From a virus, in IMG/VR virus record IMGVR_UViG_3300025466_000012, positions 96,001 to 160,000 of that record: 64,000 nt of DNA. One strand, written 5' to 3'. The position numbers were made by a program, and so were the translations under genes. Positions 37,373-43,800 of this stretch are shown piece by piece. Under the pieces are notes generated by a model. It ran no database searches. It was not told the origin of the DNA and was given only the letters and a program-made list of their open reading frames with translations. Positions within the stretch are counted from its first letter, which is position 1. The number at the start of each line of letters is the position of its first letter.

Positions 37373-37741
37373 ATGAAGTTAAGCAAATTCAGCATACACA
37401 AATTACAAAAAACTTTTGATGTGTGGCAGGTTGATTATGAATATTCCCTTCCTGTGACGAATTATCTCGTACACGGTCTTGAACCAGGCAGTTTCTTTAC
37501 CAGTGTACTGGCCAACGATTTCGCAGGTGCCATGACATATAGTCATCAGTTAAACACAATTTCCGGACTTAAAAAATTGACCCTGTGGCTTAAACACCAA
37601 GCGCCTCCAGTAGCTTGGGGCAGTTATCGTAAAGTAGCTGCCTGGACCATGTTGCCGGAGGACGATCGTAGACTAATTCTTGAAAATCGCGGTTTGATTT
37701 TGACTGCCGAGCAGGAAACTTGGGAAACATTAAAGGATTAA
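37373..37741 (+). CDS. hypothetical protein
   Basis: YLVHGLEPGSFFTSVLANDF...AWGS motif. Confidence 0.75.
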   Translation: MKLSKFSIHKLQKTFDVWQVDYEYSLPVTNYLVHGLEPGSFFTSVLANDFAGAMTYSHQLNTISGLKKLTLWLKHQAPPVAWGSYRKVAAWTMLPEDDRRLILENRGLILTAEQETWETLKD

Positions 37742-37745
37742 AAAC

Positions 37746-37801
37746 GGTTGACCCGAAATGACATTTCGGTTATAATAGTAGTATAGTTAATAACAAGGAG
37801 C
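37746..37801 (+). repeat. 56-bp promoter/operator/RBS direct repeat, copy 2
   Basis: Identical to 37125-37180. Confidence 0.95.
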
Positions 37802-37808
37802 GAGTAGA

Positions 37809-38024
37809 ATGCAATTAGAATACGAAAATACTTACAATACATTCAATAACCCAATTCCACGCAGTGGCTTGTTCACAACACCAAGCCTGGAAGAAATACA
37901 GACTTCGATCTCAAATCTTTCAGCAAAAGAACAGGCCACAGCCAGCATGGTTTTTATGTTTACTCTTAATGCCTGTAATAAATTAGTACAGGAAGAAATT
38001 TTAAACCGTATGGGAGATCAATAA
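37809..38024 (+). CDS. hypothetical protein
   Basis: ORF behind the cassette RBS. Confidence 0.75.
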   Translation: MQLEYENTYNTFNNPIPRSGLFTTPSLEEIQTSISNLSAKEQATASMVFMFTLNACNKLVQEEILNRMGDQ

Positions 38025-38299
38025 TGGTAGATATTGCTGATATTCATAGTGCCCTGGTCAGTGGCCGTTTCACCAATCAAGAACTTGACACTGTGGCTCA
38101 GGCCTTGAAATATGCTCGTAGCCAATTGACTCAGCGTCAGGTGCGTTCATGTGTCCGAGGCGACGCAGTGAAATTTACCAGTCCCAAGAGTGGTGTCACG
38201 TTCCGGGGCACAGTGGAAAAAGTCAAGATCAAGTATGTGTTGGTGACCACACCGCAAGGTCGTTACAATGTGCCTGCCAACCTGTTGGAGTTTGTGTAA
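38024..38299 (+). CDS. hypothetical protein with C-terminal SH3-like segment
   Basis: GDAVKF...GTVEKVKIKYVLV...YNVPANLL. Confidence 0.7.
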   Translation: MVDIADIHSALVSGRFTNQELDTVAQALKYARSQLTQRQVRSCVRGDAVKFTSPKSGVTFRGTVEKVKIKYVLVTTPQGRYNVPANLLEFV

Positions 38300-38388
38300 T
38301 GAGTGAAATTTTAGTATATGTGTTTGGATTCTTACTAGCGGTCATGGTGCTGATCACTGTGATAGCCGCAGGAAGGATTGACGAATGA
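38299..38388 (+). CDS. 29-aa single-pass membrane peptide
   Basis: TAATG coupling, hydrophobic core. Confidence 0.5.
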   Translation: MSEILVYVFGFLLAVMVLITVIAAGRIDE

Positions 38389-38540
38389 TCACGGAAGACA
38401 CCCAAAGCGATGAATCGATTCCAGCATTGTATGACATGACAGCCGACGAACTGGCCGAATTCCATGCCGAATACAATGACTGGTCTGACAAGATTGTCAC
38501 AGCCGACGACGACCGACCACTTTATATTTGGTTAAGATGA
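38385..38540 (+). CDS. 51-aa acidic protein (not in ORF track)
   Basis: ATGA coupling at both ends. Confidence 0.55.
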   Translation: MITEDTQSDESIPALYDMTADELAEFHAEYNDWSDKIVTADDDRPLYIWLR

Positions 38541-39193
38541 AAAGAACGCCCAAGCCCACATATTCAATTCCGGCCGATCTGGCCTGGGCCGCTGCTTATG
38601 CGGCCTGGCGTATCAACGGCAATCTGTATCTCAAGATTGTTGATGATGCCAGCGGTCATGCACAAACCAACAAAGAGATCTTGATGCAGATTGTCAACCA
38701 AACACCGGATCTGATCACTGAACAGGATCGTATCGAAGCCCAGGCCTGCAGATCCAGACTAGGAAGTGAAATCAGTCTGCGTATCCTCAAGGGCGAGATC
38801 TTGGGCGAATGGCATACCATGCAGGCTAGACTCTGCGGGCTGGAAACATTTACCACCGCTTACGATCTAGCAGTATTGGCCAGCTTTCCCAAGAGCTATA
38901 TCAAGCTACAGGAAACCGACCAGATACATGATCGACTGAGACAATGTCAAGACCAAGCAGTTGGTATCGGTCGCGTGACCTTGGACATACAAGTTTTGAC
39001 ATCGTTTCACAGCGTCAACCACGGTTGCTGGTTTGTCAGAGGCATAGATGATCAAAATCGAGCTGTATCTTTTGCCTGGCGCAGTCAGTTGCAGGACGCC
39101 AGCCATGTGCGTGTGTCCGGAACTGTGAAACAGTTTCGCGACGGTATCAGTTATCTAAATCGTGTCAAATTGACAGAATCGGAGACAGCATGA
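38537..39193 (+). CDS. hypothetical protein, possible C-terminal OB-like fold
   Basis: LAWAAAYAAWRING N-terminus, beta-rich C-terminus ending SYLNRVK. Confidence 0.7.
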   Translation: MKRTPKPTYSIPADLAWAAAYAAWRINGNLYLKIVDDASGHAQTNKEILMQIVNQTPDLITEQDRIEAQACRSRLGSEISLRILKGEILGEWHTMQARLCGLETFTTAYDLAVLASFPKSYIKLQETDQIHDRLRQCQDQAVGIGRVTLDIQVLTSFHSVNHGCWFVRGIDDQNRAVSFAWRSQLQDASHVRVSGTVKQFRDGISYLNRVKLTESETA

Positions 39194-39315
39194 ATTTTAT
39201 TATGGGTGTGATAGTGGGCATTGTTTTGTGTACTGTGGGCGCACGTGGTCTGGCTGACATGATCGATCGCACAGTTCACCAAACCCAAACAGTGGTCCGC
39301 GAGTCCACACTTTGA
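39190..39315 (+). CDS. 41-aa membrane peptide (not in ORF track)
   Basis: ATGA coupling, MNFIMGVIVGIVLCTVG. Confidence 0.55.
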   Translation: MNFIMGVIVGIVLCTVGARGLADMIDRTVHQTQTVVRESTL

Positions 39316-39332
39316 AAGAATCCATATTATGG

Positions 39333-39361
39333 TTGACCAGAAATATCAGTTCAGCTATACT
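39333..39361 (+). promoter_or_regulatory. sigma70-type promoter
   Basis: TTGACC-17-TATACT. Confidence 0.75.
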
Positions 39362-39423
39362 ATAGATAGTAGTAAATTGGCAGTATTTTAATCCTAGATA
39401 GGCAACTTAGAAAGGCAACAAAG

Positions 39424-39750
39424 ATGGAAAAGTTATTCACAGTAGCAGGCACAGCAACACAACACGGTACAACCAAGGTACGTTTCGCTAACGATTTGGT
39501 AGCTCGTATCAAGATCTTGAACAAGAACGGCTGTACCGATATCAATCTCATGGAGCTTCCTGAGCCCATGACCAAGATCCAGGCTCTCAAGTATTTGCAA
39601 ACACAAGGCGTGACCGGTGATGCTGGTTATGCAGTGGCCAGCAAGTTGAGCGAAAAAACCAAGATCGCCAAGAAAGGCGAGGTCCGAGTGGCTGGCAAGG
39701 CCAAGACAGTGGCTTCGACTGCGGCACAAGAGGCATCCGCAGAAGCATGA
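39424..39750 (+). CDS. conserved hypothetical phage protein
   Basis: FTVAGTA...KVRFAND...RIKIL.KNG.TDI.L.ELP. Confidence 0.8.
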   Translation: MEKLFTVAGTATQHGTTKVRFANDLVARIKILNKNGCTDINLMELPEPMTKIQALKYLQTQGVTGDAGYAVASKLSEKTKIAKKGEVRVAGKAKTVASTAAQEASAEA

Positions 39751-39752
39751 TC

Positions 39753-39780
39753 CAGATGGGGGCCTGGCCCCCATCTGTTT
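39753..39780 (+). terminator. probable rho-independent terminator
   Basis: Perfect 11-bp stem CAGATGGGGGC-CTG-GCCCCCATCTG followed by TTT. Confidence 0.7.
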
Positions 39781-39827
39781 GACCTCAACTTGATTGACCA
39801 GTTTTGGTTGTTGTCATAATTACTTGT

Positions 39828-40058
39828 ATGAGTGACGACCTTGATCCCAAACTACAGATGTCCATATACCGCCTGATGGTTGTGCTGCACCACCAAGGAA
39901 TCCACCGGATCCACATGGGCGGATTCATGCGTATACTGGGCATGAGCAACGAGTCTGCCAGCGAGCACGATGATGAACAGCTGGTAGTGAATGATCAATT
40001 GGTTGAACTGGTGTATCAGATGACCCAGCCCAGATCGCCTGATCAGACCTTGCACTAG
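39828..40058 (+). CDS. hypothetical protein
   Basis: 76-aa ORF. Confidence 0.65.
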   Translation: MSDDLDPKLQMSIYRLMVVLHHQGIHRIHMGGFMRILGMSNESASEHDDEQLVVNDQLVELVYQMTQPRSPDQTLH

Positions 40059-40146
40059 ATTGGGTCATCTGAGCCAAATGACTGGGCAATCTCTAGGTTT
40101 CTCATGACAGATTGTTGTATAATACATACATCAACAGGAGAAATAC

Positions 40147-40725
40147 ATGGCCGATTTACTGAAACAAGTACAGGCAACCAATATCAGCGAACTGACTCAC
40201 GCAGGCAACTCTGAGCCCGGATATGACGCTCAACCGCAGGCGGATACCCTGTCTGTGTCAGTGTTGCATCCTGCAGACATCACGTCCTTGCAACTGGGAT
40301 TGCCGGATTCGAGTCAATCAATGCCCCTAAATTGGCCAAGCACAGGATCGTACACAGCCGGTCTTGGTCTGATTCAAAATTACCCCAATTCTTTGTCGGT
40401 TGGTAATTTGAGCGGTGGAATTGGCACTTTTACCTTGCCCAATAGTCAACCCTGGCTCACCACTGCCAATCATTCAGGTCTTTCCACCAAGATAGATCTG
40501 ACAGGACCCGAGGCCGATATCATGATCAACCAGGTCAGCCTGGTTGATACCTTGCGCGGCATACAGGAACGACTCAACATATTGGTACCCAATCCTGACT
40601 TGGAAAAGGAATGGGATCAGCTCAGGGCATTGGGCGAACAATACCGTGCCATGGAGATCAAGCTACAAGAGCAAGGCGACATGTGGGCCAAGCTCAAGGC
40701 CATGCCACCACCGGATATTGGTTGA
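40147..40725 (+). CDS. hypothetical protein
   Basis: AGGAG RBS, C-terminal IQERLNILVPNPDLEKEWDQL coiled segment. Confidence 0.7.
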   Translation: MADLLKQVQATNISELTHAGNSEPGYDAQPQADTLSVSVLHPADITSLQLGLPDSSQSMPLNWPSTGSYTAGLGLIQNYPNSLSVGNLSGGIGTFTLPNSQPWLTTANHSGLSTKIDLTGPEADIMINQVSLVDTLRGIQERLNILVPNPDLEKEWDQLRALGEQYRAMEIKLQEQGDMWAKLKAMPPPDIG

Positions 40726-40750
40726 CTGTGCGACCCAGCTGTGTTATAAT
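40722..40750 (+). promoter_or_regulatory. sigma70-type promoter
   Basis: TTGACT-17-TATAAT. Confidence 0.75.
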
Positions 40751-41012
40751 ATATGTATATTATGTCAAAACAGTATCAAAAAAGCAGTGTTTTTGTGCAT
40801 GATTGATGCCATAAACTAAGTATTTTGCAGAGTAATAAATCAAAGAGGACTTCGGAAATCCTCTTCGTTGACAAATGGTATGGGCATGCCACAAACAAAG
40901 GCATGCTCGGACAGTATGGCAAAGAAGGCCCGAGGTCTTGTGTCAATACATTGTCAATGCGTCCATTCTGGGCATCCGCTGGAGAACCCAGTCTGGTTCC
41001 AAGGAGAATAGC

Positions 41013-41570
41013 ATGACAACAAATCAAACAATCAAGCGTATCACGAATGCCACAGTCAAAACAGCCGGACTGGCCATGATCTTGTGGGCAGTTTTTATCA
41101 TGACCGATAATAGACTGAACCAGCTGAGATCTCAGACCGATACTGTGCCTGGCATCACAGCAGCCGAATACAGCAAACAACTGGATTGTCTCACCCGCAA
41201 CATCTACTGGGAAGCAGCCAATGAACCATTTGAAGGCAAAGTGGCCGTGGCCCAGGTCACCATGAACCGAGTTGAGTCTGGACGTTTTGCCAACACAGTA
41301 TGTGGAGTGGTCTATCAGAAAACTGTATTTTATGAAAAGATCGTGTGCCAGTTCAGCTGGTACTGCGAAGGCGGCAACAAGAACGTGAAGGTAGTACACA
41401 ACCGCCAGTGGCACGAAAGCGAAGAAGTGGCCAAGAAAGTGCTGTTGGAAGAATTCAGACTTCCGGTACTGGAGCAGGCCATGTACTATCATGCCGACCA
41501 TATCAATCCGCATTGGGGCAAACCCAAATTGACCAAGATCGGTCACCACATTTTTTACTCAGAAAGCTAA
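41013..41570 (+). CDS. cell wall hydrolase (SleB/Hydrolase_2 family) with N-terminal membrane anchor
   Basis: CLTRNIYWEAANEPFEGKVAVAQVTMNRV, CQFSWYC, YYHADHINPHW, IGHHIFY. Confidence 0.92.
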   Translation: MTTNQTIKRITNATVKTAGLAMILWAVFIMTDNRLNQLRSQTDTVPGITAAEYSKQLDCLTRNIYWEAANEPFEGKVAVAQVTMNRVESGRFANTVCGVVYQKTVFYEKIVCQFSWYCEGGNKNVKVVHNRQWHESEEVAKKVLLEEFRLPVLEQAMYYHADHINPHWGKPKLTKIGHHIFYSES

Positions 41571-41571
41571 C

Positions 41572-41886
41572 ATGATAATCAAACTTGACGCTGTATTAAA
41601 AGCCGTAAATGAATGGTTCAATGTACACTTGCCCAAGATCTCGGCCGAGACCTTGCAGTGGTTGGCAGCCATAGTGTTGCATTGTGCCACTATACCTACT
41701 CTGTTGGCTCTGCTGACTGGACTCAGTGATCATACACCACCCTTGGATCTGGTGCTGTTTGCCTGGGCCGGCTTGGTCCTGCTGTTTGCTCGAGCTGTGG
41801 TACTCAAAGACAGCTTGAATACTGTGACCATAGGTGTGGGATTTGTGGTTCAGGCAGTGTTCATGGCCTTGATCTTGTTCAAGTGA
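41572..41886 (+). CDS. membrane protein downstream of hydrolase
   Basis: Three hydrophobic helices. Confidence 0.75.
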   Translation: MIIKLDAVLKAVNEWFNVHLPKISAETLQWLAAIVLHCATIPTLLALLTGLSDHTPPLDLVLFAWAGLVLLFARAVVLKDSLNTVTIGVGFVVQAVFMALILFK

Positions 41887-41896
41887 TCGGTTGAAA

Positions 41897-42166
41897 ATGG
41901 CATGCAATCACAAACCGGATAGTGCCTGTCCGTTTTCGTTTACAGACCGGAGCGAACAGGTACAAAACTGGGGTTGCCTTCCCGAGCCTTATGAAATTGT
42001 AACCATGCGGGTAAAACACGGAAAAACCTGGGCTTGTCATGAAGATTGCGCACAGCCTTGCGTGGGTGCAATTCGGTTCCTTAAGCTAAACGGGCTACCA
42101 TATTCTGTTGTTGATCACGAGCTTGTTACAGAAGAATCAGATTGGGCTCGGTATCTATCTGAATAA
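41897..42166 (+). CDS. small Cys/His-rich protein
   Basis: ACPF, GCLP, WACHED, PCVG. Confidence 0.65.
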   Translation: MACNHKPDSACPFSFTDRSEQVQNWGCLPEPYEIVTMRVKHGKTWACHEDCAQPCVGAIRFLKLNGLPYSVVDHELVTEESDWARYLSE

Positions 42167-42178
42167 TTTGATCGATGG

Positions 42179-42207
42179 TTGACACAACGACGGAATTTTG
42201 TTATAAT
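42179..42207 (+). promoter_or_regulatory. early promoter (repeated family)
   Basis: TTGACA-17-TATAAT followed by AGTAGTATA. Confidence 0.85.
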
Positions 42208-42239
42208 AGTAGTATAAATTAACATTGTTGGAGTAACTG

Positions 42240-42635
42240 ATGACTATGCATCTTGAAGGACCGTGGTTGACCACAACAGGCAAAGTCAAGGGCAAACGCA
42301 AATGGCCCAGCGCCGAAGCCAAACGTCGGTCTGAACAACTGGAAACCGAGTGGCAACAACGCTTGGCCAAGATGAACAAAATGGCCCCTAGATTCAGCAC
42401 CACACCCACGCCCACACCTAAAAAAACTGTGTTAGATACCGGTCCCAGGATTCCGCCTGGACGCGAAACTCCACACATACGAAGTCTCGACACTGGTTGG
42501 GTGGCCTGCACCAAAGGTGCTGACAAAACCTACACCGGTACCAAGGTCAAGGGCATAGGAACTATGCACAAATCCAATGCTGTGCCTATTTTTAGCGACG
42601 AAGAGGCCATTGACATAAGTAAAATGCGACGCTAA
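42240..42635 (+). CDS. conserved T4-like phage hypothetical protein
   Basis: [21 protein letters not shown]...AIDISKMRR. Confidence 0.8.
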   Translation: MTMHLEGPWLTTTGKVKGKRKWPSAEAKRRSEQLETEWQQRLAKMNKMAPRFSTTPTPTPKKTVLDTGPRIPPGRETPHIRSLDTGWVACTKGADKTYTGTKVKGIGTMHKSNAVPIFSDEEAIDISKMRR

Positions 42636-42651
42636 AAAAGATCGGATACAG

Positions 42652-42870
42652 TTGGCCAAAGAAGAAGCGATAAAAATGGAAGGTGTGATAGAAGAAATTC
42701 TACCCAACACTACCTACAGGGTCAAGATCGCCAATTTTGAAAAACCTGTGCTGGCCAGTCTCAACGGTCGCATGCGTCAACACAACATCAAGGTCCTGGC
42801 CGGAGATACGGTGGAACTGGAATTCAGCCCGTATGATCTCACCAGAGGCCGCATCACCAGGCGCAGATAA
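42652..42870 (+). CDS. infA: translation initiation factor IF-1
   Basis: [18 protein letters not shown]...[32 protein letters not shown] start. Confidence 0.93.
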   Translation: MAKEEAIKMEGVIEEILPNTTYRVKIANFEKPVLASLNGRMRQHNIKVLAGDTVELEFSPYDLTRGRITRRR

Positions 42871-42873
42871 ATA
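42867..42873 (+). promoter_or_regulatory. T4-type late promoter motif upstream of SOD
   Basis: ATAAATA overlapping the infA TAA stop. Confidence 0.55.
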
Positions 42874-42878
42874 TCAGC

Positions 42879-43421
42879 ATGCGTAACATAATCGATCTTG
42901 TAGAAGCCACTACCAAACCAGCCAAGCTGGAAACCACACCCTTGCCCTACACCCATAAGGCCCTGGAGCCGGTCATGAGTGCAGAAACAATTGAATATCA
43001 CTACGAGCACTTGGCCAAGGGCTATGCCAAACGATACAACGCCGGTGAAGGCGATCCTGACTTCAATCGAGCTGGCAGTTTCTTGCACAATAAATTTTTC
43101 CCACAACTGCGTGAGCCCCGAGGCGCCAACAGACCCCGAGGCGCAGTACTGGCCCTGATTGAAGAAAAATTCAAAACCTACGAAGACTTTAAAGCGGAAA
43201 TGAAAAAGTCTTTTATGTCTATCCAGGGAAGCGGATGGATTTATCTGAGTACTAGCGGAGAAATTAAAGTTATACACAATCATGCTGTAAGGACCGATAT
43301 TGCATTGTTGATCGATGCTTGGGAACATGCATGGTCGCTTCAATACCAATGGGACAAAGAGAAATACCTAGATAATATTTGGAAGATAATCAACTGGGAC
43401 GTATGTAACGAACGACTATGA
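42879..43421 (+). CDS. Fe/Mn superoxide dismutase with extra N-terminal leader
   Basis: LPY...[35 protein letters not shown] metal ligands. Confidence 0.9.
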   Translation: MRNIIDLVEATTKPAKLETTPLPYTHKALEPVMSAETIEYHYEHLAKGYAKRYNAGEGDPDFNRAGSFLHNKFFPQLREPRGANRPRGAVLALIEEKFKTYEDFKAEMKKSFMSIQGSGWIYLSTSGEIKVIHNHAVRTDIALLIDAWEHAWSLQYQWDKEKYLDNIWKIINWDVCNERL

Positions 43422-43744
43422 TCACTATTACTGAAACGGCCGTGGCCAAAATACGAGATATCTTGGCCGAAGAAAATCAACCTGGACTCAAACTGCGAGT
43501 ATTTGTGCAGGGCGGAGGTTGCTCGGGCATGCAGTACGGTTTCACACTGGATGATGTCCAGGGCGATGATGACTGGGCCCTGGAAATTGAAGATATCGCA
43601 GTCTTGGTAGACAGCATGAGTGGTCAGTACCTGCAGGGAGCCAGTGTAGATTATCGCGATGATGTAATGGGTGCCAGTTTTGTGATAAACAATCCGCAGG
43701 CAAAAACCACCTGCGGATGCGGCAGCAGCTTCGACCCGGGCTAG
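43418..43744 (+). CDS. erpA: A-type Fe-S carrier (ErpA/IscA/HesB family)
   Basis: [31 protein letters not shown]. Confidence 0.9.
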   Translation: MITITETAVAKIRDILAEENQPGLKLRVFVQGGGCSGMQYGFTLDDVQGDDDWALEIEDIAVLVDSMSGQYLQGASVDYRDDVMGASFVINNPQAKTTCGCGSSFDPG

Positions 43745-43773
43745 AGCAAAAAAGTCAAGTCGATCCATTCTGG

Positions 43774-43779
43774 TAAATA
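43774..43779 (+). promoter_or_regulatory. T4-type late promoter motif
   Basis: TAAATA upstream of the structural operon start at 43801. Confidence 0.55.
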
Positions 43780-43800
43780 CAAGCCAGAGGATGGAGATCT

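Noticed and set aside
12507-42207. CRISPR array from the recurring TTGACC...TATAATAGTAG repeats
   Set aside because: Copies are hundreds to thousands of bases apart, each is a promoter plus RBS, and there are no regular spacers or cas genes.
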